From Cyanobacteria bacterium P01_F01_bin.150 (GTDB lineage: Bacteria > Cyanobacteriota > Cyanobacteriia > CAKZMO01), in assembly GCA_039189765.1 (NCBI GenBank), contig JBCCYL010000020.1:1-64000 (forward strand): a stretch of 64,000 bases of DNA, given 5' to 3'. Below, in pieces: positions 52,994-63,912 of the stretch. A program made the translations under genes and the position numbers. The notes beneath the pieces were generated by a model, which worked only from the letters and a program-made list of their open reading frames with translations, was not told where the DNA came from and made no database searches. How positions within the stretch are numbered: the first letter of the stretch is position 1; the number at the start of each line of letters is the position of its first letter.

Positions 52994-55492
52994 ATGCGTT
53001 TTTCCCCTGTACTACTTGCGTCAATTACGATTTCTGCGGGTTTGAGTGTTGCATCTTCTGCCCAAGCATCCAGCTCGGCGGACTTCAATCGTCCTGGCGC
53101 GGTGGAGCACTCTATTGATTCCTCAGATCTAGGTAAAAGCGATAAGCCATCGGCCAGGACAATGCCGACAGCTATTACTCCAGAGTTCTCTGAAGCTAAC
53201 GTTATTTTTTCCTCTGGCCAAACCGTTGTTCAATCTGATGTTGTTTCTCTAGTGAAACCGGATAAAGAAAAGCTTATTGAAAAAACTGAGGGCTATCACA
53301 CTACTGAGAAGATTCCTGTTGTAAACGTTTTGCCCACAGAAATCGATACTACGACTACGGCTACGGCAGGGGAAGAGGTTGAAATAGTAGTAGAGATGCC
53401 TCTCGCAAAGCCTTCGGTAGAAAGCACTGTTGATATTACTATAAATTCTGAGCTGTCGATTGCTCAACAGCCTGCTGTGGTGGAATCGGACGATAGCATG
53501 CTTGCCAGCGCAGATTTGTGGGCTCAAGTCTCAGCTCCACCATCAGAGGAAGACGGAACAAGCAGCGATACCGTTGAAGCAGAAGAGGGCGAACCGGGCG
53601 AAATAGAACTCGAACGCGAAATTGAGGTCGAACCTCGGGTCTTGATTTCTGAAGTACTGGTTTTAGGAGTTGAATCTCAGCCAGACTTGCGGAACCGGGT
53701 TTACCAGGTGATTCAGACGCGGCCGGGAAGGACGACAACGCGATCGCAATTACAGGACGATATTAATGCTGTATTCGCCACTGGCTTCTTTGCCAATGTG
53801 CAGGCGGAACCAGAAGACACGCCATTGGGCGTCAGAGTAACGTTTACAGTGCAGCCTAACCCTGTATTGCAGCGAGTTGAGGTGTCCAATAGTAACTTGT
53901 CAAATACAGGCACCACCCTGACCTTTGGGGAACAGGAATTAACCGTTAATGAAATCACTAATGCAATCTTCTCACCTCAATACAACAGAACCCTAAATCT
54001 TCGAGACTTTCAGGCTGGTATTGATGAACTGAATACGGTCTATCAGGAAAATGGCTACGTGCTGGCCCAGGTTGTCGATGCTCCCAATGTTTCGCAGGAT
54101 GGTGTGGTGACATTGTCTGTGGCCGAGGGAGTGATTGAAAATATCGAGGTGCAGTTCTTGGATGAAGACGGCTTTGCAGAAGACGAGGAAGGCAATCCAA
54201 TTGATGGGCGTACTCGTGACTTTATCATTACCCGTGAATTTGAAGCCCAACCTGGAGACGTATTTAATCAGCGAAATATTCAGCGAGACTTGCAGCGAGT
54301 CTTTGGTCTAGGAATTTTTGATGATGTTCGAGTCGCGCTGAATCCTGGTGATGACCCCCGTAAAGTTGATGTCATTGTCAATGTGATTGAAGGTAGCACA
54401 GGGTCTATTGCAGCGGGTGCAGGATTTAGCTCCGCCAGCGGTCTATTTGGTAGCGCTAGTTATCAACAGCAGAATTTGGGTGGCAATAATCAGCGACTGG
54501 GCACAGAAATTCAATTCGGCCAAAGAGAACTGCTGTTTGACGTTAGCTTTAGTGACCCATGGATTGCTACGGACCCTTATCGTACCTCCTATTCGGTCAA
54601 TTCTTTTCTACGGCGCTCGATCTCTCTAATTTTTGATGGAGGCGATCGCGAGGTGGATTTATGTGAGGATCGCAACGATCGTAACTGTAATCAAGACGAT
54701 TTGGAAGATGGCGATCGGCCCAGAGTCCAGCGGTTAGGCGGTGGCATTAGCTTTAGTCGGCCATTAGATGAATGGTTGGGCTGGGAAAATTGGCGAGCGT
54801 CTACAGGTCTCCAGTATCAGCGCGTGTCCATTCGAGACGGCGACGGGGATCTATCCTTTATTGATGCAGAGGGCAATCAGCTCAGCTTTAGCGATGACGG
54901 CAGAGACGATCTATTCACTCTTCAGCTAGCAGCGGTGAGAGATTTACGGAACAATCCTCAACAACCGACGAGCGGTTCCCTGCTGCGAGTGGGGACGGAA
55001 CAATCCATTCCGTTTGGCTCAGGCTCCATTTTAATGAACCGCCTCCGGGGAAGCTATAGTCACTACGTTCCGGTTGATTTGACGAGCTTTAAAGACGGCC
55101 CAGAGGCGTTAGCATTCAATATTCAGGCGGGAACCGTCTTGGGAGACTTACCTCCTTACGAGGCTTTCTCATTGGGAGGCACCGACTCTGTCAGGGGATA
55201 CGATGCGGGAGAAGTGGGCAGTGGCCGTAGTTTTGTTCAGGCTTCAGCAGAATATCGGTTCCCAATTTTCTCTATTGTTGGTGGAGCGTTGTTTATGGAT
55301 TTTGGGAGTGATTTGGGCACGGGTGATAATGTGCCAGGGGAACCTGCGAATGTCCGTGATAAGCCAGGTACTGGCTTTGGCTATGGGCTGGGTGTTCGCG
55401 TCCAATCACCATTGGGACAAATTCGCGTTGATTATGGAATAAATGATGATGGAGATGGGCGTATCCACTTCGGAATTGGCGAGCGATTCTAA
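52994..55492 (+). CDS. bamA: Omp85/BamA family outer membrane protein assembly factor
   Basis: Signal peptide [10 protein letters not shown] after GAGGA RBS, POTRA region, [11 protein letters not shown]-terminal HFGIGERF. Confidence 0.93.
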   Translation: MRFSPVLLASITISAGLSVASSAQASSSADFNRPGAVEHSIDSSDLGKSDKPSARTMPTAITPEFSEANVIFSSGQTVVQSDVVSLVKPDKEKLIEKTEGYHTTEKIPVVNVLPTEIDTTTTATAGEEVEIVVEMPLAKPSVESTVDITINSELSIAQQPAVVESDDSMLASADLWAQVSAPPSEEDGTSSDTVEAEEGEPGEIELEREIEVEPRVLISEVLVLGVESQPDLRNRVYQVIQTRPGRTTTRSQLQDDINAVFATGFFANVQAEPEDTPLGVRVTFTVQPNPVLQRVEVSNSNLSNTGTTLTFGEQELTVNEITNAIFSPQYNRTLNLRDFQAGIDELNTVYQENGYVLAQVVDAPNVSQDGVVTLSVAEGVIENIEVQFLDEDGFAEDEEGNPIDGRTRDFIITREFEAQPGDVFNQRNIQRDLQRVFGLGIFDDVRVALNPGDDPRKVDVIVNVIEGSTGSIAAGAGFSSASGLFGSASYQQQNLGGNNQRLGTEIQFGQRELLFDVSFSDPWIATDPYRTSYSVNSFLRRSISLIFDGGDREVDLCEDRNDRNCNQDDLEDGDRPRVQRLGGGISFSRPLDEWLGWENWRASTGLQYQRVSIRDGDGDLSFIDAEGNQLSFSDDGRDDLFTLQLAAVRDLRNNPQQPTSGSLLRVGTEQSIPFGSGSILMNRLRGSYSHYVPVDLTSFKDGPEALAFNIQAGTVLGDLPPYEAFSLGGTDSVRGYDAGEVGSGRSFVQASAEYRFPIFSIVGGALFMDFGSDLGTGDNVPGEPANVRDKPGTGFGYGLGVRVQSPLGQIRVDYGINDDGDGRIHFGIGERF

Positions 55493-55535
55493 GTTCAAAG
55501 GGACTGAGCAGAGTGCAGATATAGGAAAAGATGCC

Positions 55536-56423
55536 TTGTCTAAAGGATCGGACATCACTGCATCGCCTAGCCTGAAACAGGCTCTACAACAGACGTTATC
55601 GGGCAATTTTACCCAAAAAGGGGTTGGCTTACATTCTGGCGAGTCTGTTCAGGTTTGGGTACGGCCAGCACCGGTGAACACTGGACGAGTGTTTGTGCGA
55701 ACGGATTGCCCCGAAGCGGGTTCAATTCCAGCTACAGTTCAGTTTGTCCAAAAGACACTATTGTCCACGAAGCTGGGCAAAGATAATGTTTCGGTGCGTA
55801 CTGTGGAGCATTTGCTAGCAGCTCTCGCTGCAGCGGGGGTGGACAATGCAGTCATTGAGATCAATGGACCAGAGGTTCCTTTGCTAGACGGCTCAGCCCA
55901 GGAATGGTCAGAGGCGATCGCCCACGTCGGCCTCCATCCCCAAGAATCGTCACGGACGTCTATCTCTTCTGTTGTTAAACCTTTATGGTGTTATGAAGGG
56001 GATGCATTTGTTGCCGCACTACCAGCTCCAGAGCTGAGATTTAGCTGCGGCATTGACTTTCCCATTCCAGCTATCGGCAATCAATGGCATAGCTGGTCTC
56101 CAACCAATGAATCCTTTGAAGAGACCATTGCCCCCGCCCGTACGTTTACCCTGGCTCACTTAATTGAGCCGTTGCGTCAACAAGGCTTGATTAAAGGCGG
56201 TAGTTTAGAAAACGCTCTTGTTTGCGATGCGCAAAAGGGTTGGGTCAACCCGCCCTTGCGATTTGATAATGAGCCTGCACGCCATAAACTTCTGGACTTA
56301 GTAGGAGATTTAAGCTTGATTGGTGCATTTCCTTGCGCCCATATTTTGGCATATAAAGCGAGTCATGCATTGCATACTGAATTTGCACGAAGACTGATTG
56401 CGTCATACGATAACACCCAGTAG
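55536..56423 (+). CDS. lpxC: UDP-3-O-acyl-N-acetylglucosamine deacetylase
   Basis: [42 protein letters not shown] 55536 after AGGA preferred over an ATG overlapping bamA. Confidence 0.95.
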   Translation: MSKGSDITASPSLKQALQQTLSGNFTQKGVGLHSGESVQVWVRPAPVNTGRVFVRTDCPEAGSIPATVQFVQKTLLSTKLGKDNVSVRTVEHLLAALAAAGVDNAVIEINGPEVPLLDGSAQEWSEAIAHVGLHPQESSRTSISSVVKPLWCYEGDAFVAALPAPELRFSCGIDFPIPAIGNQWHSWSPTNESFEETIAPARTFTLAHLIEPLRQQGLIKGGSLENALVCDAQKGWVNPPLRFDNEPARHKLLDLVGDLSLIGAFPCAHILAYKASHALHTEFARRLIASYDNTQ

Positions 56424-56652
56424 ACTCACCATTATTGGCTTCTATTTCTTGTAGAAGCAGACCTTAGTTTGTCTAAACTAAGTTGCCATATCAACAAGAC
56501 CAACCTGATAGGGATTGAAGTTTCCGGCAAATATCAACTATCTGGAACTCGATTCTGCTGTAATGCAGAGACTGACCTATAAGGATGTACTATTATGGCA
56601 CAACCTCACTAACTTACCGTATACCTTATATTTATTTAATCCCAGTTACCTC

Positions 56653-57171
56653 ATGTCCACACTGACTGACGTCCATACCCCTCTTGAAGCTTCAGACGTT
56701 CTTGCCATGAAAGATGATGCTCAAGACTCACCGATTCAAACGACATTTACTGTTGAGGAAATTCAGGCTCTCTTACCCCATCGCTATCCTTTCGCACTGG
56801 TGGATCGCATTATTGACTATGTGCCAGGAGAAAAGGCCGTTGGGATCAAAAACGTGACCTTTAATGAACCCCAATTCCAGGGTCATTTTCCCGGTCGTCC
56901 CATTATGCCTGGCGTATTGATTGTTGAAGCAATGGCTCAAGTGGGAGGTATTGTATTAACCCAACTTCCCGATGTTCCCGAGGGATTATTAATGTTTGCA
57001 GGCATTGATAAAGTACGTTTTCGTCGTCCAGTAGTGCCAGGCGATCAGTTAGTGATGACGGTGGAACTTCTATCGGTAAAACGGATGCGATTTGGAAAGA
57101 TGAAGGGAAAGGCTACAGTGGATGGGCAACTAGCTGCAGAAGGAGAATTGATGTTTTCCTTGGTTGATTAA
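56653..57171 (+). CDS. fabZ: 3-hydroxyacyl-ACP dehydratase
   Basis: [34 protein letters not shown]. Confidence 0.97.
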   Translation: MSTLTDVHTPLEASDVLAMKDDAQDSPIQTTFTVEEIQALLPHRYPFALVDRIIDYVPGEKAVGIKNVTFNEPQFQGHFPGRPIMPGVLIVEAMAQVGGIVLTQLPDVPEGLLMFAGIDKVRFRRPVVPGDQLVMTVELLSVKRMRFGKMKGKATVDGQLAAEGELMFSLVD

Positions 57172-57248
57172 GGAAACCCCTTCACAAATGTCTGTTTAAA
57201 GTGCCAGTTTGGAGTGCCAGTTTGGAGTAACAATAGGGAGCGCGACCG

Positions 57249-58076
57249 TTGACCACATTAATTCACCCTACCGCAGTGATCCATCCAGGTGCTCAGGTCC
57301 ATCCTACGGTGAGAGTCGGGGCATATGCTGTTATTGGGGAACGAGTTAAGGTGGGAGCAGGAACCGTAATTGGGCCTCACGTTGTTTTAGACGGCTGGAC
57401 CGAGATTGGTGAACGGAATCAGTTTTTTCCTGGAGCAGCCATTGGATTGGAACCGCAGGATTTAAAGTACGATGGGTCCCTTAGTCTAGTCAAAATTGGC
57501 AACGGTAATCGGATTCGTGAATATGTAACGGTGAACCGTGCGACTACAGCAGCCGGGACGACAATGATTGGCAATGATAATTTGTTAATGGCCTACGTGC
57601 ATGTCGCCCACAATTGTATGTTGGGAGATCAAATTGTTATTGCCAATAGTGTCTCCTTGGCAGGTCACGTTCATGTGGAGTCCCAAGCTGTGATTGGTGG
57701 ATGCTTGGGCATTCATCAGTTTGTGCAGATTGGGCGACTGGCAATGGTGGGCGGAATGAGTCGTATCGATCAAGATGTGCCGCCGTTTATGCTGGTAGAA
57801 GGAAACCCAGCCCGGGTGCGATCGCTGAATAAACTGGGACTTAAACGAGCAGGCATTGCTGAGGCCAATGATGGCACAGCCTTTAAAAGCTTAAAACAAG
57901 CCTTTCGCCTGTTGTACCGCTCCGACCAAACCTTTGCCCAAGCAGTGGCGACATTAGAGGATAGGGCCAATCAGGGGGATAATACCTATTTGCAGCATTT
58001 ACTAACCTTTATCCAAAAAAGCCAAGCCAAAGGGCGTCGGGGTTTAATTCCCAGGCGAGGTCGAGTTCATGGATAA
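57249..58076 (+). CDS. lpxA: Acyl-ACP--UDP-GlcNAc O-acyltransferase
   Basis: IHPTAVIHP hexapeptide repeats, PQDLKY, IREYVTVNR, HVAHNC, HQF; TTG start. Confidence 0.97.
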   Translation: MTTLIHPTAVIHPGAQVHPTVRVGAYAVIGERVKVGAGTVIGPHVVLDGWTEIGERNQFFPGAAIGLEPQDLKYDGSLSLVKIGNGNRIREYVTVNRATTAAGTTMIGNDNLLMAYVHVAHNCMLGDQIVIANSVSLAGHVHVESQAVIGGCLGIHQFVQIGRLAMVGGMSRIDQDVPPFMLVEGNPARVRSLNKLGLKRAGIAEANDGTAFKSLKQAFRLLYRSDQTFAQAVATLEDRANQGDNTYLQHLLTFIQKSQAKGRRGLIPRRGRVHG

Positions 58077-59367
58077 TCAACTATCTAACCATGGCTTAGC
58101 GAATCGTCCCCCAGCTAATCGCAAGCGAATTTTTATTAGCACTGGCGAAGTATCTGGTGATTTACATGGTTCCCTATTAATTCAAGCACTGAAGGAAAAT
58201 GCGCCAGCTTTTAACCTAGACCTGGATATTATGGCGCTGGGGGGCAATCGCATGGCTGCCACAGGCGTTCAAATGTTAGGGCAAACCCAATCAATTGGGT
58301 CGATTGGCCTATTGGAATCCTTACCGTTTATTTGGCCGACGTTTAAAGTTCAAAATATGGCCAAGCGGTCGCTGATCCATCATCCTCCAGACCTGATTGT
58401 CATGATTGACTATCTTGCTCCAAATTTGGGTATTGGCAGCTATGCCCGGTCCCAATTATCCCATGTGCCCACTGTTTTTTACATTGCTCCTCAGGAGTGG
58501 GTATGGTCCTTTGGAAAAAAGAACACACAACAGTTGGTATCAATTAGCGATCGCCTTTTGGCCATTTTTCCCCAAGAAGCTAAATATTTTGAGCGCCATG
58601 GAGCTACGGTTACTTGGGTCGGTCATCCCTTAGTCGATTGGGTTGATCAGTTTCCCTCACGGGCTGGGGCAAGACAACAACTGGGAATTGAGGCTCACCA
58701 AAAGGCGATCGCCCTTTTTCCTGCGTCCCGGCGTCAGGAACTCACCTATCTGATGCCCGTAATGTTTGAAACCGCTCGCAGAGTTCAAAATCAATTACAA
58801 GAGCAATCGGATGATGTCCATTTTTGGATTCCGCTATCGTTAGAAACGTTCCGCCCTCAAGTAGAGCAAGCAATTCGAGACTATCAAATTCAAGCAACTA
58901 TCGTTACCGATAACACTCCTACAGTAATTGCAGCGGCGGATTTAGCACTGGCTAAATCCGGTACGGTAAATTTAGAACTAGCCTTAAAAGATGTCCCTCA
59001 GTTAGTAATTTATCGAGTCAATCCAATAACGGCATGGTTGGCCAGAAAGGTCTTAAATTTCTCAATTCCCTTTATGTCGCCTCCCAATTTACTGTTATCG
59101 GAAGAAATTGTACCCGAGTTCCTCCAAGAAGAAGCTAATCCTACCGACCTCAGCCAAGCAGCCGTCGCTCTGTTAACGGATCCCCACGCTCAACAGGCAA
59201 TGCGACAAAACTATGAACGAATGCGACAGGCCGCAGGGCAAAAAGGTGTGTGCGATCGCGCAGCCCGAGTTATTCTAGAAATGCTTTTGGCAAAAAATAG
59301 TTCTTCTGCACACTCCAAAATAAACGATACGGATGAGAACCATTTTCCTAGTAAGAAAATACAGTGA
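58069..59367 (+). CDS. lpxB: Lipid-A-disaccharide synthase
   Basis: STGEVSGDLHG, APQEWVW, VGHPL, PASRRQE, KSGTVNLE, PEFLQ. Confidence 0.96.
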   Translation: MDNQLSNHGLANRPPANRKRIFISTGEVSGDLHGSLLIQALKENAPAFNLDLDIMALGGNRMAATGVQMLGQTQSIGSIGLLESLPFIWPTFKVQNMAKRSLIHHPPDLIVMIDYLAPNLGIGSYARSQLSHVPTVFYIAPQEWVWSFGKKNTQQLVSISDRLLAIFPQEAKYFERHGATVTWVGHPLVDWVDQFPSRAGARQQLGIEAHQKAIALFPASRRQELTYLMPVMFETARRVQNQLQEQSDDVHFWIPLSLETFRPQVEQAIRDYQIQATIVTDNTPTVIAAADLALAKSGTVNLELALKDVPQLVIYRVNPITAWLARKVLNFSIPFMSPPNLLLSEEIVPEFLQEEANPTDLSQAAVALLTDPHAQQAMRQNYERMRQAAGQKGVCDRAARVILEMLLAKNSSSAHSKINDTDENHFPSKKIQ

Positions 59368-59441
59368 TCCTTATCAAGCGCGGGTATGTTACCCGATGGT
59401 AAAAATACAGAGCTTGGCCCCTTGATTTTGTTGTAATAACT

Positions 59442-61322
59442 ATGACACGCCCATATTTTGTTCCTGTGTTAACGTCCGCTATCAGTTTATGGGTTTTCCA
59501 AACTGCTGGATGGGCGACTGTTTCAAAAATGTCCGACGCTCTACCGCAGGAGCACGAAACCAACCGACAAAACAATTCTGAGATTGAGCCCCTATCTGAA
59601 TCATCTGTTCAACCGTCCTCCTTTTTAGATAGGATTGCTCAACGCCCCGATCCTAACGCCGATCGGTTACTTCCATCTCCTGGCCCCATTGCCCCTCCAG
59701 AAGCGATTGACCAGACACCTGTTCTACCAACCGCACCGTCCAATACTGAGGCTCCATCTGAGGCTCCATCTGAGGCTCCGGTTGAATCTCCTGTTCCGCC
59801 ATCATCGTCTCCAACTGTTCCCGCACCTCAATCCGGAACAACTATCCCAGTCCAATCCATTAATGTTTTGGGCAGTACGGTTTTTGATCAAGACGACTTG
59901 GCCTTTATTCTGAATCCCTTGGAAGGCCAAAATGTTACGTTAACAGAACTACAGCAAGCAGCAGATGCCATTACCCAGCTCTACCTAAATGAAGGGTATT
60001 TGACCTCACGGGCGATTTTAATTGCCCAAGAGGTCGTGGATGGCGTTGTTACGATTCAAATTATTGAAGGTCGAATTGGAGAGATTCAGGTAGAGGGAAC
60101 CGAACGGTTAAAAGAGCGATATGTTCGACGACGAATTGAGTTGGGCACCAATATTCCTCTGAGAACGGATCAGCTCGAAAACCAATTACGGCTTCTGCGA
60201 TCAGATCCACTGCTAGAAAATGTAGAAGCCAGCTTAAGAGCTGGGGATGAGCTAGGAGAAAGTAAGCTAATTGTTAAAGTGACCGAAGCCGATCCACTTT
60301 TTGGCTCGGTGCGTGCGGATAATTACTCTCCACCCAGCGTAGGGTCGGAACGAACAGGAATCACCCTTGCCCATCGCAACCTGACAGGATTCGCGGATCG
60401 GCTGTCAATTTCTTACGATCGCACCACCCAAGGAGGGTCTAATGTCTTTGACTTTAACTATCAAATCCCCGTAAATCCAATGGAAGGGACGATTCAATTG
60501 CGCACGGTTATTGAGAATAACCGAGTGCTGCAAGAGCCGTTTGATGAGTTTGATATTGAAGGAGAGTCTGAACGCTATGAGATCAGTTTTCGCCAGCCCT
60601 TAGTGCGATCGCCCCGAGAAGAGTTTGCCCTCTCCCTTGGCTTTAGCCATCGTGACGGTCAAACATTGGCCTTTGATCTCATTCCCATTGGGTTGGGCGC
60701 AAATGATCAAGGGAAAACCAGCACCAGCGTTTTTAGATTTGGTCAAGAGTATGTGCGTCGGGATGTACAGGGAGCCTGGGCATTGCGATCGCAGTTTAAT
60801 ATCGGTACCGGGCTGTTTGACGCAACGACCAATGATCAAGAACCCGACAGTGAATTTTTAAGCTGGCTGGGCCAAACTCAGCGGGTCCAGCGCCTAGGCA
60901 ATGATCATCTCTTAATTTTTCAGCTAGATGCTCAGCTTACGGACAATGCACTACTTTCATCGGAGCAGTTTGTCATTGGTGGCGGCCAGTCCTTACGGGG
61001 CTATCGTCAAAATGCCCGTGCGGGAGATAGTGGCCTTCGTTTTTCAGTAGAGGATCGAATTACCATCGCTCGAAACGAAGCCGGGGCGGCCACCTTCCAG
61101 CTAATTCCCTTTTTTGATATGGGTACAGTGTGGAATGATGACGACAATGCAGAACTGGCCGATCAGCGTTTTTTGGCCGGATTGGGGCTGGGAATGTATT
61201 GGGAAATTATGCCCAATGTCGATGTTCGCCTAGATTTTGGTATTCCCTTAGTTGACCTAGACGATCGAGGCTTTAATATCCAAGACGATGGGATTTACTT
61301 TAGCGTGGGCTATGAACTCTAA
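59442..61322 (+). CDS. ShlB/FhaC/HecB family two-partner secretion transporter (TpsB)
   Basis: POTRA-type ITQLYLNEGYLTSRA...IIEG, DNYSPPSVG, IGGGQSLRGY, terminal beta-strand GIYFSVGYEL. Confidence 0.92.
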   Translation: MTRPYFVPVLTSAISLWVFQTAGWATVSKMSDALPQEHETNRQNNSEIEPLSESSVQPSSFLDRIAQRPDPNADRLLPSPGPIAPPEAIDQTPVLPTAPSNTEAPSEAPSEAPVESPVPPSSSPTVPAPQSGTTIPVQSINVLGSTVFDQDDLAFILNPLEGQNVTLTELQQAADAITQLYLNEGYLTSRAILIAQEVVDGVVTIQIIEGRIGEIQVEGTERLKERYVRRRIELGTNIPLRTDQLENQLRLLRSDPLLENVEASLRAGDELGESKLIVKVTEADPLFGSVRADNYSPPSVGSERTGITLAHRNLTGFADRLSISYDRTTQGGSNVFDFNYQIPVNPMEGTIQLRTVIENNRVLQEPFDEFDIEGESERYEISFRQPLVRSPREEFALSLGFSHRDGQTLAFDLIPIGLGANDQGKTSTSVFRFGQEYVRRDVQGAWALRSQFNIGTGLFDATTNDQEPDSEFLSWLGQTQRVQRLGNDHLLIFQLDAQLTDNALLSSEQFVIGGGQSLRGYRQNARAGDSGLRFSVEDRITIARNEAGAATFQLIPFFDMGTVWNDDDNAELADQRFLAGLGLGMYWEIMPNVDVRLDFGIPLVDLDDRGFNIQDDGIYFSVGYEL

Positions 61323-61344
61323 ACCAGTAGCCTGAAACCATACT

Positions 61345-61554
61345 TTAGCGGGCATCAACAACATCGCGAATTAGCGGCAACCGCGAACGAACATAGTGGC
61401 TGTAAGTATCCGTTTCTTGGTGGTTTAGGGGGTGGGTTGAATCCACTTCAGACACGATCCAAGTTACAAGGCTATTATCGTCCAGATTTAGGAGCATGCT
61501 GGACTGGGTTTCTTCAATCAATTCCCAAATTTGGCGGATCATACGAGGAGTCAT
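61345..61554 (-). CDS. Small cyanobacterial hypothetical protein
   Basis: MTPRMIRQIWELIEETQSSMLLNLDDNSLV...YVRSRLPLIRD; helical, protein-like composition. Confidence 0.7.
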   Translation of the reverse strand: MTPRMIRQIWELIEETQSSMLLNLDDNSLVTWIVSEVDSTHPLNHQETDTYSHYVRSRLPLIRDVVDAR

Positions 61555-61865
61555 GGCATCTCTTCGCGCTATGGTGCGGCAAATGGATATGGACAAATAA
61601 AAGAATGGTTAGCCATTGGCCTACAGGTATTGCAGAAAGCCCAAGGCAAGCTAACCATGCTTCTTTTCTGACTATATCCCATTCAAAACATCCATCGCAG
61701 ACAAAACAATAAGACGCAACAGGACTGACATATGCATTCATAACTACGTTACGCAGCATGAAGTTTTTTCAGGGATTAACTCAGCCCATCAGGCAAGTAG
61801 GCCTGACCCATTTTGTCCCTCAAATTGGATGCCTATTGTGGGCTAAGAGTTCGGCCTGACATAGG

Positions 61866-63044
61866 TCATCCAGACTCAGCATAGACATCGGCCTCAATGG
61901 GATGCACCTGATGAAAGCGTGCATAATCGATGGCAAACCGTCCATCAGGCAAATGAGTAAACAGATCAACAAAGATCATATTTCTCAAAATATCAGTCGG
62001 TCCATAGGAATGTCGTGCATGCACCGTTTGAGACAGAGTTTCATCCAGCCCAGTCAACGTAATCACTAATTCCGTATCCGTTTCCATCAAATCAGCTTCG
62101 GTCATTTTATATAGAGGACTGTCTGGGGTAATCCCGTGCATTACCGTCCAAGAGAGGGCAAATACAGGGGTCTGCGATCGCACCAAGTCCAAATCATAAA
62201 ACCGTCGCATGGCATGCCCCTCCGCCGAGACCTCATTCCGCACCAGAGTCATGGTCAGCTGCGCTTCGATAATCCGGTTACGCCGCTGATTTGCGGCCCG
62301 AAACATTAAGGTTGGCACCCCATCATAATCAGTAATCACCGCCACCGTGCTAAACATCACCCGAGCAGTGGGACGAGAAAAGCGAGCAAACGTTAACCCC
62401 GTAACCATGGCGATCGCCATTAATCCGACTAACGACTCGATCGTCACCAGAATATTGGCATAGAGAGTCTGGGGGTGCATCGCTCCATAGCCAATGGCTG
62501 CCATCGTTTGCACACTAAAGAAAAACGCATCGGCAAAAGAGTGGGGGTCTGCATTGGCAATAGAGGCTTCTCCCGTTAAGGGCAATCCCAACCAATAGCC
62601 CAATGCAAACAATGCATTGGCGGACAAATAGACAAAGCCAGTCCAGGCAAAAAAGGATGTCCAAGACATTGTCAGCATCGTATGGTAGCGATCGCGCCAT
62701 AAATCTTTTGCATGCCCCAAGCGGACAATTTCCAATCGGCCATCTGGGTTAAACAGACGTTTATGGGGTAAAACCCTTTGGGCTTTGGACGAATGTAGAC
62801 TAGGGTTACAGCCCGATTGCAGGATATATCCCTGCATCGGTAATACCCGGGGTGGCGATGCTGAATTAATATTACTCTTTGGCACCTGCTTCAGCACCGA
62901 CTCTTGGCCATTGGGCTTATCACGAAACGTCTGCGACTGCCTTGCTGATTGACCGTTGGAGTCCGTCTTCCGGGCACCAGAACCCAGCCCTTGTTTGCTG
63001 GGACCTGACGAAGGCGAAGAAGCTTGCGGTCGAGAGTTTGACAT
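61866..63044 (-). CDS. Inward-rectifier potassium channel (KirBac)
   Basis: DRYHTML..SW, AFFFSVQTMAAIGYG, FARFSRP, PTLMFR, LSWTVMH.I...SPL, ARHSY. Confidence 0.93.
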   Translation of the reverse strand: MSNSRPQASSPSSGPSKQGLGSGARKTDSNGQSARQSQTFRDKPNGQESVLKQVPKSNINSASPPRVLPMQGYILQSGCNPSLHSSKAQRVLPHKRLFNPDGRLEIVRLGHAKDLWRDRYHTMLTMSWTSFFAWTGFVYLSANALFALGYWLGLPLTGEASIANADPHSFADAFFFSVQTMAAIGYGAMHPQTLYANILVTIESLVGLMAIAMVTGLTFARFSRPTARVMFSTVAVITDYDGVPTLMFRAANQRRNRIIEAQLTMTLVRNEVSAEGHAMRRFYDLDLVRSQTPVFALSWTVMHGITPDSPLYKMTEADLMETDTELVITLTGLDETLSQTVHARHSYGPTDILRNMIFVDLFTHLPDGRFAIDYARFHQVHPIEADVYAESG

Positions 63045-63117
63045 ATAAAGTTCGGCAGATAACGCTACAGTAGGTGTCCAGTCTAACGAATTTTAAAGTT
63101 ATATTTCAGCCATCCTC

Positions 63118-63912
63118 ATGACACTCAAGAAAATAGCCGATGATGCTTCTGCACCTAGTGCTGCTATTGTTGAAGCCATGGATACAGAAACATTGGCCAC
63201 AACAGGAACGCTCTACGGCATTAGTGTGGGGCCTGGAGACCCAGATTTAATTACAGTAAAAGCCCTCCAAATTCTCCAGCAGGTAAAAGTGGTGGCCTGT
63301 CCGAAAGGAATGGGCGATCACCCCGGTATCGCCCAAGCCATTGTCGATAAATGGATTGGGCCACACCAAACGCTGATTCCTCTGATATTTCCCTATGTCC
63401 AAGATGAGGCAGAACTTGAAATGGCTTGGACCACTGCGGCTCAAACAGTGTGGCAGCATCTTTATCAAGGTCAGGATGTTGGGTTTATCTGTGAAGGCGA
63501 TATTAGCTTCTACAGCACCTTTACTTATCTAGCACAAACGCTTCAGCGTCTTTACCCCGAAACCCAAATAGAAGCCATTCCTGGGGTGTGTTCTCCCATG
63601 GCCACCGCCAATGCGTTGGGCTTGCCGCTAACGATGCAATCACAACGGCTTACTATTCTGCCAGCGGTTTATTCCGTTGACGAGATCAACAAGGCACTAC
63701 AGTTTTCGGACGTCATTGTCCTGATGAAAATGAGTTCAGTCTACGATCAAATTTGGTCGCTGCTCCAACAAAAGGGATTGCTAACACATAGCCATGTGGT
63801 GGAATGGGCCACCCATCCGCAACAGAAAATCTACAGGGACTTACGCGATCGCCCCCACCTCAAGCTCTCTTACTTCTCAATCATGGTTGTTTACAATAAT
63901 CGCCCGGTTTAA
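63118..63912 (+). CDS. cobI: Precorrin-2/cobalt-factor II C20-methyltransferase
   Basis: LYGISVGPGDPDLITVKA, EGDISFYSTF, IPGVCSP, VLMK, LSYFSI. Confidence 0.92.
   Translation: MTLKKIADDASAPSAAIVEAMDTETLATTGTLYGISVGPGDPDLITVKALQILQQVKVVACPKGMGDHPGIAQAIVDKWIGPHQTLIPLIFPYVQDEAELEMAWTTAAQTVWQHLYQGQDVGFICEGDISFYSTFTYLAQTLQRLYPETQIEAIPGVCSPMATANALGLPLTMQSQRLTILPAVYSVDEINKALQFSDVIVLMKMSSVYDQIWSLLQQKGLLTHSHVVEWATHPQQKIYRDLRDRPHLKLSYFSIMVVYNNRPV

Noticed and set aside
61778..61851. Long imperfect inverted repeat downstream of KirBac
   Set aside because: Weak pairing, no second copy, no TSD; at most a terminator-like fold.
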